Position numbers and translations under genes: made by a program
NCBI GenBank assembly: GCA_964016885.1
Contig: OZ024757.1
Coordinates: forward strand, 34,162,001 to 34,226,000
Length of the DNA stretch: 64,000 bases
From: Eledone cirrhosa
Taxonomy: Eukaryota
Direction: 5' to 3'
Shown here: positions 42,173 to 55,626 of the stretch, in pieces
Numbering within the stretch: position 1 is the first letter of the stretch
How the letters are laid out: every line of letters starts with the position of its first letter
The notes under the pieces: model-generated
Databases searched by the model: none
Seen by the model: only the letters and a program-made list of their open reading frames with translations
What the model was told of the DNA's origin: nothing

Positions 42173-43009
42173 GAGATTGGTGGATTGGCAGATTCATTAG
42201 AGCATTGGACAAATGCTTAGCGGTATTTGTTTCTGCTCTTTATGTTCTGAGTTCAAATCCATCTGAGGCCAACTTTGCCTTTTATCTTTCTGAGGTAAAA
42301 AAAATAAAGTTGCAGTAAAGTATTGGGGTTGATACAATCGACTTTCCCCTACCCACCAAAATTGTTAGCCATGTGCCTAGTTTTGAAATCATTATTTAAA
42401 AAAAATGGCTGTGGATTGGCAGAATTGTTAGGTCTAAAGTCTGTCCCAAGCCAGAAGGCTGGTGCTTATCTCGGTTTCATGGTGTGAAGCGACTGAGAGT
42501 ACAGGACACCAGTCCATCGTAGGGTTAAACCTCCAGCTATTGCTGGTATTCATTTACAGCTGAGTATACTGGAACAACATGAAATGAAGTGTTTTGCTCA
42601 AGAACACAATGTGCAACCCAGCCCATGAATCCAACCCACAACATTATGATAGTAAGTCCAACACCCTTACCACTAGGCAATGTGCCTCCACAGAATTGTT
42701 AGAGCTATGGACAAAATGCTTTGTGTCATTTAGTTACAGCTCTTTACTTTCTGAGTTCAAATCTCACCAAGGTCATCTTTGTCTTTCATCCTTCCAGTAC
42801 CTGTCATGTACTAGGGTCAATGTAAGTGACTTTCTTCTTTCCCACAAATTGTTGGCCTCATGTCTAAATTAGATATCATCTTATTAATTAGTTAGTGGGA
42901 TGAGTTGAGGGTGAATGTCCACAACCTCAGTTCAAATCTCGCTGAGGTCAGCTCACCCTTTTATCCTTTTAGGGAGCATCAAGAAAATAAAATGTTTATC
43001 TAGGGTGGT

Positions 43010-43400
43010 AGATTGGGAACATAGACTTAATCTGTCACTTTGTTTAACACCACTTGGTCTTTGGGGCAATATTTTAATCTGTCACTTTGTTTAACGCCAC
43101 CACCTGGTCCTTGGGGGTGGTAGATTTAAGCTGTCACTTTGTTTAACACTACTTGGTCCTTAGGGCAATATTTTAATCTGTCACCCAGTTTAACACCTCC
43201 ACCTGATCCTTGGGGTGGTAGACTTAATTTGTACCTGATTTAATACAACCACTTGGGTGGTAGACTTACTGTCACCTGATTTAAATCCACCACCTAGTCC
43301 TTGGGTGGTAGACTTAATCTGTCACCTAGTTTACACCACCACCTAGTCCATGGGTGGTAGACTTGATTTGTCACCTGGTTTACACCACCACCTGGTCCTT
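43010..43400. repeat. Degenerate ~48-bp minisatellite
   Basis: gggtggtagacttaatctgtcacc...ccaccacctggtcctt. Confidence 0.8.
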
Positions 43401-43654
43401 CAGTGTCCTTCGTGGGGTTTTTCAACCTAAGGCTACAGCAAAATCACTTGTCCAAAATACTACTCAATGGGATCAAACCCAGACCTATACAGTTACAAAG
43501 CAAACGTTTTTAACCACATGGCTAAGCCTGCATTATGAAGGAAACTAGGTTTTTTTATAGTTTATGTGTTTTTTTTTCATGTCTAATCTGGAACTGAAGA
43601 ATGTATAAATGTTTATATTTCTTAAACAATGTGTAGCTGTGACTTTAGACATTT

Positions 43655-43965
43655 CTTCATCTTCTTTTTCTTCTTCTTCTTTGCTTTCTTCTTCTTATTC
43701 TTCTTCTTCTTCTTTGCCTTCTTCTTCTTCTTCCTGAGAGGGTCATGGGGGAAGAGTCCTCAAACACTCCCTCCGGTGGGTCCTGTCAGAAGCAACCAGT
43801 TCCAACTGATCTGGCTGGAATCCCCGAAGTGTGACCAGTCAATCTCATGGATGTTATCCAACCATCTTGCTTGGGATCTACCCTGGGTCTCCTACCTGTT
43901 GTTTCGCCCATAATATCTGTCCAGCGATTCTTTCCTGAGATACTTTACCCACATGTCTCAGGAAA
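43655..43965 (-). pseudogene. RTE-clade LINE 3' end with (GAA)n tail
   Basis: Minus strand GRSQARWLDNIHE, same family as 41935-42172. (TTC)n on the + strand. Confidence 0.75.
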
Positions 43966-44558
43966 TAATTACTGATCCATACAGTTACAAAGCAAAACAG
44001 TTTTAACCATATGGCTAAGCCTGCAACATGTAGGAAATTAGGGTGGATATTTTAATGACTAATCTGGAACTAAAGAATGTATAAAGGATTATATTTCTTA
44101 AGCAATGAGAAGCTGTGACTTTATACATAACTGACATATATATATATATATACATATACACATTACACTCATATACTATTGGCAATACTAGCAACATGAC
44201 CATCGTCAAATATAACAATGTGTGTGAGTGTGAGTGTGTGTGTGAGTGTGTGCGTGAGTGTGTGCGTGAGTGTGTGAGTATAACAATTCTCATTTATTAA
44301 TCTCTGAAATGGTGGATTGGCAGTATCGGTAGAGTGTCGGACGCCATGCTTTCCAGCATAGTTACGTCCCTTTACGATCTGAGTTCAAATCCCGCCAAGG
44401 TTAACTTTGCCTTTCATCCTGAAGGGGTCGATAAAATAAAGTACCAGTAATGCACTGGGTAATTGCTGGCCTTGTGCCTAAAGTAGAAACAATTAATCTC
44501 TGAAACAAAAGATGTAAATATTTATGTTGTAGATGATATATATATATATATACATATG

Positions 44559-44601
<43 letters not shown>

Positions 44602-44836
44602 TCACATACATACACTCACCCATGTATATATATATATATATGTGTGTGCGTATATATATGTGTGTTTGTGTGTATATATATGTGTGTGTGTATATATGTG
44701 TGTGTATATATATATATATATATATAATGTGTGTGTATGTATGTATCATCATCATCATCACTGTTTATTTGTCATGTTTGCATGGGTTAGACAGCTGTAA
44801 GCATGGAAATTAGATGTTCAATGGTGATGATAATGA

Positions 44837-44870
<34 letters not shown>

Positions 44871-45056
44871 GTTTCTCCAACTATAATTAAATTAGAAAGA
44901 CTGACATGATCCTGATATCATAGATTTATTTTTGTGCAAATATTTTAAACAAAAGCCATTTATATTATATCACACACACACTACTGTGTGGTACCGTGTG
45001 CCATACCACACTACACCATTCCACTCCATTCCATATCACACCGTACCACCAGTACT

Positions 45057-45612
45057 TGGGTATTTAGCACCCTAGGCTAGCCTTACAATGTCTATCTGGG
45101 TATTTAGCACCCTAGGCTAGCCCTACAATGTGTATCTGGTTATTTAGCACCCTAGGCTAGCCTTACAATGTGTATCTGGGTATTTAGCACCCTAGGCTAG
45201 CCCTACAATGTGTATCTGGGTATTTAGCACCCTAGGCTAGCCCTACAATGTGTATCTGGGTATTTAGCACCCTAGGCTAGCCCTACAATGTGTATCTGGG
45301 TATTTAGCACCCTAGGCTAGCCCTACAATGTGTATCTGGGTATTTAGCACCCTAGGCTAGCCTTACAATGTGTATCTGGGTATTTAGCACCCTAGGCTAA
45401 CTCTACAATGTGTATCTGGGTATTTAGCACCCTGGGGTAGCCCTAGGATGTATGTCTAGGTATCTAGCTCCCTAGGTTAACCCTACAATGTATATCTGGG
45501 TATTTAGTTCCTTAGGCTAATCCTACAAAGTGTGCCTGGTTATTTATTGGCCTATGTTAACCCTACAATGTGTGTATGGTCATTTAGGGCCCTTGGCTAG
45601 CCATACAATGTG
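45057..45612. repeat. 40-bp minisatellite, ~14 copies, decaying to the right
   Basis: tgggtatttagcaccctaggctagccctacaatgtgtatc. Confidence 0.95.
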
Positions 45613-45665
45613 TCCCTTTCTAGTTACACACCCCATTCTGCAGCCCCTCTCCCCCAATATATATA

Positions 45666-46380
45666 TATGTATGTAAAAGGTAAACAGAAATAACAACACA
45701 ATCGGTACAATATATGGAAGGTATATATTAGGTTAATGCTTGATATAGCAGGAAGAGGGTCTTAACGTTTCGAACGCTAGTCCTTCATCAGAAGAAAGAA
45801 TGAGAAATAAAATAGATTGAGGGGACGGGCGGGATGGAATCGGAAAAAATGTCTTTAGATAAAAATAACAGGTCCATTTATGTTGACATCTCTTGCAAAA
45901 CTGTTGGTACTGGCGTTTTGTGTCTGATTTATTCTTTAGAAAAGTGGATGATGGAGCGTGTCTACCTGAAATGGAAAAAAAAAACGTTTTGTAAAAAGAG
46001 CTATACTTGTTCATGTGCGTAAGCGTGTGTGTGTTATTATACGTCCGTATGAAGCTAAGAAGAAATGTGTGTGTATATGTAAGTAAAGAGTGTGTGTGCA
46101 TGTAAGTATGAAGCTATGAGCAAAAGTATGTTAATATAAGGGTGCGTATGTGTGTATACAGAGCTGCGAAGGGAAAAGTGGAGTGAGTATATTTAATCGG
46201 TCTGTATTAGTTGTAAGAGATGTTAATGATCATGAGAGAGTGATAGGAATCTAGGGGTGAATGTACAAGTGCATGTGATAATGGACAGAGTATTAAAGAA
46301 ATTGGGGAGGTGAGTTGAGTTCAAGAGGGGAATAGGACCTAAGGCAGTGAATTAGACTCTGTTAGTTTTTCACGCTGACA
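45666..46380 (-). mobile_element. 3' remnant of a Penelope-like retroelement (GIY-YIG C-terminus plus pLTR with hammerhead)
   Basis: Minus strand 46379-46311 translates VSVKN*QSLIHCLRSYSPLELNS, resembling the PLE endonuclease end (EQxLIxxLxTxxPxGLN). The hammerhead lies ~520 nt downstream and the element ends at (TA)n. Confidence 0.65.
45760..45795 (-). ncRNA. Minimal Penelope-type hammerhead ribozyme, family C
   Basis: Minus strand tctt-CTGATGA-aggactagcgttc-GAAACGTT-aaga. Classic PLE-type loopless palindromic stem III (ACGT). Confidence 0.8.
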
Positions 46381-47224
46381 AGCCTAGTTTTTGACACTTC
46401 TTGCTTTGACCATACAGAAAATTTACCAAGCCTGTATTTTTCACTACACAATCTACACACACCCATTCTAAATTATGTAATGATCATATGATCATCTCCA
46501 CCACTTTGGTTATTTCCACAACTCTGCTTTATGGCAAAGATATTAAGGGATGCTTATATTAATTTCTGATTTTGGCACGCATAAGGCCAACAATTTTGGG
46601 GAACGGAAAAGTCAGTCTGAGTTCCAAGCCCGCCAAAGTTAGCTTTGCCTTTCATCCTTACAGGGTCGATAAAATAAAGTACCTAAAGATGAAAGGCAAA
46701 GATAACCTCAACAGGATTTGAATTCAGAACATAAAGGGCCATAATACTATGCAGCGAAGTATGTTGTCTGGTGCTCCACCGATACTGCCAATCCCCCACT
46801 CTAAATGGTTTCTGATTTAGGCACAAGGCCAGAAATTTTGGAGGAGAGGAAAGTTGATTAAATCAACCCCAGTGTGTGACTGGTACTTTATTTTATTGAG
46901 CTCATAAGGATGAAAGGCAAATCTAACCTCGGCGGGATTTGAACTCAGATCACAAAGGGGCATAACTCTAAGCCATAAAGCATGTTGTCGACGCTCTACC
47001 AACTCTGCCAAATTGCAAGAAGATATTCTTCATCAGTGTTTAACATCTGTCTTCCATTCTTGCATGGGTCAGACTGTCTGTCACATTATGAAGCAAGACA
47101 GGTCATGTGACCATGTCTTGCTCATGCAATCCATTTTCGGTTTGGTTTTCTACAGCTAGATGCCCTTTCTAACACCAACCATTTTTCAGAGTGAACCGGA
47201 AGCCTTTTTTTCCATGGCACTAGC

Positions 47225-47880
47225 ACAACCACCTTACATTGTGGATTGGATGCTTTTTTTTTTTTTGTCGTGGCACCTACATAATCACTTTACAGTGTGG
47301 ACTGGGTACTTTTTATTGTGGCACCAAAACAACCACTTTACAGTGTGGACTTGCTACTTTTTAGTGTAACACCAAAACAACCACTTTACAATGAGGGTTG
47401 GGCGCTTTTTGGTGTGGCACCTACATGACCACATTACAGTATGGACTGGGTACTTTTTGTTCTGGAGCCAAAACAGCCACATTACACTGTGGACTGGGTG
47501 TTTTTTGTTGTGGCACCAAAACAACTGCATTACACTGTGGACTGGGTGTTTTTTGTTGTGGCACCAAAACAGCCACATTACACTGTGGACTGGGTGTTTT
47601 TTGTTGTGGCACCAAAACAACCACTTTACAGTGTGGTTTGGGTACTTTTTGTTGTGGTACCAAAACAACCACTTTACACTGTGGCTTGGGTACCTTTTGT
47701 TGTGGCACCAAAACAACCACTTTACAGTGTGGTTTGGGTACTTTTTGTTGTGGCACCAAAACAACTGCATTACACTGTGGACTGGGTGCTTTTTGTTGTG
47801 GCACCAAAACAACCACTTTACAGTGTGGCTTGGGTACTTTTTATTGTGGCACCAAAACAACCATTTTACAGTGGGGACTG
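47225..47880. repeat. 48-bp minisatellite derived from a SINE internal segment, ~13 copies
   Basis: actgggtgttttttgttgtggcaccaaaacagccacattacactgtgg. Continuous with the SINE-like element at 47035. Confidence 0.9.
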
Positions 47881-48629
47881 GGGGCTGGGGAGGGGGATCT
47901 CATGTTACCAAACCTTTCTTAACTACTGTTTCTTAGTTAAGTTCAATGACATTTCCAAAAGCAATTTAATCCAGTTATTTCACACCAGTGGGTGATTTAA
48001 CTAGCAACTTCTCAGTAAATATGGAAGATTATATTTCCAGGCCATTGCTTACTTGAAAACCAATGTTAAATTATTCTGAAATGAGATTGAACTTCAGGAG
48101 AGCTGGCATTTGTTGCTGTATTTTATTTTATTCTATTGATTAGTTACTAATTTTACAAAATAAAATAAATATATTATTATCATTTTTTTTTCATTTAGAT
48201 TCAATAATCTATTTTGCTCTTGCATTTTTTTTTTATTCTAAGTTTATTGAAATCTAAAATGAAATTAATGGTTTGTTATGAATTCTAACTAAATCATGTC
48301 TGTTTGTTTGTAATGTTTATATTCTGTGCAACAAAATAGAAAATAATCTAAAAGCAATATTTCTTTGTTTAGAAACTGCTATGTTGTTGTGGATTGGGAA
48401 GGATTACTTAGATATCTAGCAAATAAACATTGTTATAGCTGCTGCTATTCAATATTAACTCTTTTGATACAAAACTGCCTTGTAACCACCTCTGATTCTA
48501 CAATACAAAAATGTTTATTTTAAAGTATTTTTATTTACTCTTTCACTCGTTTACCTGTTCCCGCCATCTGGCTGAGGCCATGTTGGAGCACCGCCCTTGT
48601 TGCTACACATTCTATCTTCAGCCTGTGTT

Positions 48630-48820
48630 GGCTAGCCATTGGTGTAAGAGGGAGTCCATTGCTGCTGCCCCGTACTGTGCTGTGGGGTCATACGGGATCC
48701 TGGACAGCAGGGTGTCAAGATGTTTCTTGAAAACATCCACTTCCACACCATGCAGATCTCTCAAATTTCTTGGCAGCTTGTTGAAGAGTTGAGGGCCTTT
48801 GAACCCCAGGCTATTGCAAT
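48630..48820 (-). pseudogene. CR1-like LINE ORF2 C-terminal remnant
   Basis: NSLGFKGPQLFNKLPRNLRDLHGVEVDVFKKHLDTLLSRIPYDP...AAAMDSLLHQ. Confidence 0.8.
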
Positions 48821-51800
48821 ATCTGCTCCTTATTTTAGATGTGAAAGACAGGACCTATCTAAAAAAAAAAAATGTAACAGCATTTCTTGTTCCAAACTCC
48901 AGCTTAATCATTCTCTCTATTAATTAGCACAAGGCCAGCAATTTAGTGGAAAAGAAACGTTGATTACATCAACCCCAATATTTAACTGGTACTTTATTTT
49001 ACTGACCCTGAAAGGATGAAAGATAAACTTGACCTTTTTTCACCAAACTACCAAAATACACATCTATTTGTATATGCGCTACAATTTATGTACATGTTGT
49101 GTTTATTGCATATTGAAATTTTTTATATCTTGGTTGATATGTGATAATAACAGTGTAATATATTATGTTAACTGTTATAGTAAATTTTTGTCATGTCATA
49201 ACCTTTTATCCACATATCACTATTTGCCAATTGCTAGTGTATATATTCAGAGACAGATTTCATAGGTCATTTTGCTATAATCACTTTATAATTATTGAAA
49301 CCTATAAATGTAATATGACCTGCTTGGACACACATTGCATTTTCTGACTATTTTAGAATGCAAAGAGCTAAACTAAATTGACCAAATTTGGCTCCCCACA
49401 ATTCAAAAATGCTTCCATCTCCCCTGCTTGCAGAATTTGAACTCAGAACATATAAATTCATAACTAAAAAGCAATACTGCTAATCCATCACCCTTACACA
49501 CCAGCTTAATAACGATAGTTTATGTTACTAAATCCCTCCTAATATTTGACTATTTACAAAATTATTTGAAAATCCTAGACTGTTTTCATTAATAATGTGG
49601 TAATGAAAGGATTTAGCATTTAAACCAGCCATAACTTGCTGCTCATAATGATTTTAAGGTATTGTTCTCAAAATAAATAACATCAAAATCTCAAAGATTC
49701 GATATTATGTGGGATAAAGCCTTTACTGTGAAAATATAATAGTATATATAGAGTAATGTAAATGCTAAAATGTTAAAGTGTTTATAATTATTTAAAACCT
49801 TCCATCATAATTTTATGCAAGATCTTTCTTTAAGTTATTTTCCAAACACCACTGTAAAAATGAGAAAGCTTGTTATACTACTAAAGTCCTCTAAATACTT
49901 GATTATTTTCAAAATTATTTGAAAATCCTATGTAGACACTATTATTAAAAATAAGGTCATGACAGTGTAAAATACATACTTTCTCACAATTTTATTTTCG
50001 TCAGTGAATAGGCGTCATCGTTGGAGTATCACATTAAATGTTTTATAGTGTTTGTTCTGATTCTTTGTAACACAAATCTCACAGAAGTCAACTTTGCTTT
50101 TCATCCATTGGATATATGTACAGAGCATCCATTACAGTTTTGGCATTGGGTGCACTTAAGTATATAGACTGTACATGTGTATTATTATTATTATCATCTC
50201 ATAAAATAAAGTACCAGTAATGCACTGGGTATTTGCTGGCCTTGTGCCTAAAGTAGAAACAATTATTATTATCATCTCATGCCTGTGGAGTATTGGCAGT
50301 ATCAGTAGTATCAGACAATATGCTTCGCAGCATAGAGTTACAGCCCTTTATGTTCTGAGTTCAAATCCTGCTGAAGTTAGCTTTGCCTTTCATCCTTAAG
50401 TCAATAAAATAAAGTACCAGTCACACACTCGGGTTGATTTAATCGACTCTCCTTTCCCCCGAAATTGCTGGCTTGTGCCTAAATCAGAGTGGGAGGTTGG
50501 CAGTATCGGTAGAGCGTCAGACACCATGCTTCGTGGGGCAAAGAATTCGTCCTTTACATTCTGATGTGAAATGTGTGTGTGTATGTATGCATGTGAGATG
50601 CGTGAGTGTGAGTGTGAGTGTGCATGTGAGATGTGAGTGTATATGTGTGTGTGTATGCATGTGATATGTGTATGTGTGAGATGTCTGTGTGTATATGCAT
50701 GTCAGATGTGTGTGAGATGTGTGTGTGGATGTGTGTGTATGCATGTGTGTATGTGTGTATGCATATGAGATGTGTGTGTGTGTGGATGGATGTGTATGTG
50801 TGTGAGTTGTGTGTGTGTGTTTATGCAAGTGAGATGTCTGTATGTGAATGCAAGTGAGATGTCTGTATGTGTATGCATGTGAGATATGTATGTGTGTGAA
50901 GTGTGTGTATATGTGTGTGTGTGTGAGAGATGTCTGTATGTGTGTGTGTGTGTATGTGTAATACTTAGCAACCCAATAATTTTAAACAGTTAACACCTGT
51001 TTCGAGACATGACAAGATGACCACAATAGAGACACTATTGTCATGGCAACAGATATGTCTATGAAATAATTGGGCCAATGAGAAAGCCTGTGAATGCTCA
51101 CCTCAACCTCAAATCACACCTTACTGTCTTTAAAAAATAACAGAATTAAAAAAATATAGTATGTCTTGGTTAATATAGTCTTAGATACATCATAATTGAA
51201 TTAAAAAAAACATAGTATGTCTTGGTTAATATAGTCTTAGATACATCATAACTGAATTAAAAACAAAACATAGGATACCTTGGTTAATATAGTCTTAGCT
51301 ACATCATAACTAAATTAAAAACGTGTGTTTGAAGAGAGACAGAGATGCCTAGATGGTGTGTGTTTTGAGTGTATAAATGCATTTAAGATGTGTACGCATG
51401 TGAGATGTGTATGTGTGCATGTGTCTGTGTGTAAGTTTGTAGTTCTACTTAGTAACCCAATAGGATGTATTGGATAATGAGGTCTTAGATACATCACCAT
51501 CATCGTCTAACATCCATTTTCTACGCTAGCATGTGTTAGACAGGTTGTCCCATTAGAGGCAAGTTGGGTCAGATGACCGTGTCCTGCTCATATAGAACTG
51601 TTTCTAGCTAGGTTCCTACAGCTGGATGCCCTTCCTAATGCCAACCACAATTACAGTGTGTGCTGGGTGCTTTTTTGGCAGGACTCCTACATGACCACTT
51701 AAAAGAACATAGGATGTCTTAGATACATCATAGCTAAATAAAAGATGAGATTGTCATGGTTGGATGGCCTTTCACCTAAGTTCTGCTTAACCAAGCTTGA

Positions 51801-54455
51801 CCTGTGGCTAATCAACAACAACTACAATATCCTCATCAATCAAGTATTATCAGCACTATCATTATCATCCTCATCATCATCATCATCATCATCATAAATA
51901 TGACCACTATCATCACCATTATCACTACCCCATCACCACTACCACTATCATCCCTATCATCACCACCACCACCACCATCATAACCACTACGACTATCATC
52001 ATCATTATCATCATCACCATCACCATCATAACCACTACGACTATCATCATCATTATCATCATCACCATCACCATCATAACCACTACGACTATCATCATCA
52101 TTATCAACATCATCACCATCACAACCACTACCACTATCATCACCAGTACCACTATCATCACCATTATCAACATCACCATCACCATGGCCATCATCACTAC
52201 CGCTAACATCATCACTCTCATCACCACTACAATCATCACCACCATCATCACTACCCCCATCACCACCATCACCACTACCACTATCACCATCATTATCACC
52301 AACATCACCATTACCACTATTATCTCCGTCATCACCACCACTGCCACCACCACTACCACAAGCAACATCATCCCCATCACCACGGCCATCATCACCATCA
52401 TCCCCGTCATCACCACCACTATCATCATCATCACCCTCATCACCACTACAACCAACACTATCCACCGCTGCCATCACCACCATCACCACCACTATGACTA
52501 TCACCACCATCATCACCATCATCACCACTATGACTATCACCACCATCATCACCATCATCACCATCATCACCACTACCACTATCATCACCATCATCACCAC
52601 TACCACTATCATCACCATCATCACCACTATCATCATCACCACCACCACCATCATCACCACTACCACTATCATCACCATCATCACCATCATCATCACCACT
52701 ATCATCATCACCACCACTATCATCATCATCACCACCACCACCATCATCACCACTACCACTATCATCACCATCATCACCATCATCATCACCACTATCATCA
52801 TCACCACCACTATCATCATCACCACCACCACCATCATCACCACTGCCACTATCATCACCATCATCACCATCATCACCACTATCATCATCACCACCACCAC
52901 CACCATCATCACCACTGCCACTATCATCACCATCATCACCATCACCACCACTATCATCATCACCACCACCACCATCATCACCACTGCCACTATCATCACC
53001 ATCATCACCATCATCACCACTATCATCATCACCACCACCACCATCATCACTATCATCACCATCATCACCACTATCATCATCACCACCACTATCATCATCA
53101 CCACCACTATCATCATCACCACCACTATCATCATCACCACCACCACCATCATCACCACTACCACCATCATCACCATCATCACCATCATCACCACCACCAC
53201 CACCACCATCATCACCACTACCACCATCATCACCATCATCACCACCACCACCATCATCATAAATACACTCAGCCCCATCATCACTACAATCATAATTAAG
53301 AATTTGAAGACATTTATTTATATAACTAGCTTTCTAATGATTTGTCTGGTGTTAGGTCAATAAACTGGCAGAATTGGTAGAGCTTCGGATAAAATACTAT
53401 TGTGGTATTTGTCCTGACTCTTTATGTTCTGAGTACAAATCTTACCAATGTCAACTTTACATTTTATTCTTCCAGGGTTTATAAAATAAAGAACCAGTAA
53501 TAAATTGGGGTTGATAAAATTGCTGGCCTTGTGCCTAAATTAGAAATCATTATTAATCTGTTGTCTGGAATATAGTTTAATAAAAGTTCTCACATAGAAT
53601 TATGATGGAAGGTCAGCTCTATATCACAGAACCAAAGGCAGTTTCAGGTAATTTGGTATCAAAAGGGTTTGGTTGGTGTTTGGAACATAACTTAACAAAG
53701 GTTCTTACATAAAATTATGATGGAAGGTCAGCTCTATATCATAAAACCAAGAACAGTTTCAGGCAGTTTGGTATCAAAAGGGTTAGATTGATGTTTGGAA
53801 CATACCTTACAGGTTCTTACATAAAATCATGATAGAATGTTCTTTTTGTTAACTATAAACGTTTTAAAATGAATACATTTGTATCATAGAACTAGGGATA
53901 GTTTGGTATCAAAAGGCTTAAGGAATTTAACAATTTTGAATTTCAAAAAGAGAGACAATAACAACATCAGCAAAATAAAATTATTTCCACATTAGCCAAT
54001 CCCTAATGAATATTCATGTAAATTATCGTTAAACTTTAGCATCTTAAAAGAGCAAATTTTGTAACATCTGTTGTCCTGTAACATTATATTAACATTTTAC
54101 TTGATCGAACTCTAGATTGTACAGGGTGGGGAATGGAATTTTTTAAATCCTTTTATTCTTTTACTGATTTCAATCTCTAGATTGTGGCCATGCTGGAGCA
54201 CCACTTTGATTTAATCAAACATATCAAATTCAGTACTTATTTGTTTTCAAGTATGTTGCACAAATGCAAACATAGATGTGGGCATACAAACACACACACA
54301 CACATGTATATGTACCTATATATATATAGATAGATACAAACACATACATATATATATATGTTTATATATGTATATATATATATATATATATCGTCATCAT
54401 CATTTAACGTCCTCTTTTCCTGCTAGCAAGGGTTATATATATCTATATAAAAATG

Positions 54456-54605
54456 AATATAGAAATGCTTCTACAGGACTAGAACTGTTTCCTTCAAATG
54501 AAACAGTTCTAGTCCTGTAGAAGCCATTTCTATATTAAATTTTGTATATACTTTACTAATGTATTGAGTACCTTACTTACTATGGTTACCCCAATTGAAC
54601 CTGAG
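54456..54605 (+). mobile_element. Family F palindromic element
   Basis: Near-perfect hairpin 54456-54536 (ttctacaggactagaactgtttc / gaaacagttctagtcctgtagaa) plus a tail with TGAGTAC that ends at (CA)n. Confidence 0.75.
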
Positions 54606-54664
<59 letters not shown>

Positions 54665-54799
54665 CAAAAGGGATATTTAATTTGTTGTTAATTCAACAAA
54701 TATATATGTTTATAACTGATTCGAAGCACTCGACGGGTTTTCTGGAGTATAATATCAATGATATTAAATAAATGGAAACTATATTTATAAAACCATATT

Positions 54800-54860
54800 T
54801 ATTCTATTATATATATTTCAAGGATACCAAAACTTTGGTACGCTTTCATCAGATAAAATA
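54800..54860 (-). ncRNA. Type I hammerhead ribozyme, family A (left arm)
   Basis: Minus strand tattttat-CTGATGA-aagcgtaccaaagttttggtatcctt-GAAA-tatata-TA-atagaata. Confidence 0.85.
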
Positions 54861-54983
54861 CAAAGTTTGTTTTATAAATATTGACATATCCAGGAACGAG
54901 ATCTTAACGGTTCAAGTTTTTCCTGGATATGAACCGTTAAGATCTTCTTCCTGGATATGTCAATATTTATAAAACAAACTTTG

Positions 54984-55044
54984 TATTTTATCTGATGAGA
55001 GCATACCAAAGTTTTGGTACCCTTGAAATATATATAATAGAATA
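54984..55044 (+). ncRNA. Type I hammerhead ribozyme, family A (right arm)
   Basis: tattttat-CTGATGA-gagcataccaaagttttggtaccctt-GAAA-tatata-TA-atagaata. Confidence 0.8.
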
Positions 55045-55086
55045 AATATGGTTTTATAAATATAGTTTCCATTTATTTAATATCAT

Positions 55087-55126
<40 letters not shown>

Positions 55127-55128
<2 letters not shown>

Positions 55129-55590
55129 TGGCTGCAAACTCTCATAAAAGTATTGCAATCGCTTGTCAGATTCAGATGTGTGATGCTCGGATATGGCTTT
55201 CCAGGCCTGCTAGAGACTTGCACTTCTTCTCACATTGACGACAACTATGAATCTCCCTGGCCTCAGGTCTTGCATCAGGTTGCCTGTGAACCTTCACAAA
55301 GCTGTGGAGATCATAGTTCACTGGTTCTCTTTGAACATGGCTGCGACTGTGGCTCCTGAGACCAGATTTGCTCAAGCAAATTTTTCCACACTCAAAGCAC
55401 TTCAATTCAATGGAGACACCGATTATTTTGAGAGATACACCAGGGCATTGCTTTTGCACATCCCGTTTGATCTTCTTAGGCTCTATGCGTCTGTCCTCAA
55501 AATTATGGACCCCATCATTCACCATTCCATGCCAAGTTTCTCTTTCAAGAGCCCTCTATCTCCCAGTCAGCCACCATCAAACCAGTTTGA
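55127..55590 (-). pseudogene. RTE/BovB-like LINE C-terminal remnant with two C2H2 zinc fingers
   Basis: MVNDGVHNFEDRR...CFECGKICLSKSGLRSHSRSH...CRQCEKKCKSLAGLESHIRASH. Confidence 0.75.

Positions 55591-55626
<36 letters not shown>

Larger units (their letters stand above)
54662..55092. mobile_element. Family A palindromic element with two intact hammerheads
   Basis: ~160-bp near-perfect arms 54752-54912 and 54930-55092, ~90-bp tail on the left, (TA)n on both sides. Confidence 0.88.

Noticed and set aside
47354-47995. ORFs in five frames with 16-aa periodicity; CRISPR-like appearance
   Set aside because: A 48-bp tandem repeat with no unique spacers, in eukaryotic context with no cas genes.
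49965-50010. CTGACGA...GAAA on the minus strand
   Set aside because: No supporting helices; probably a chance match.
51836-53363. His-rich and Met/Val-rich long ORFs (also 33699-34813 and 36646-37213)
   Set aside because: (CAT/CAC)n tracts that are open in several frames on both strands.
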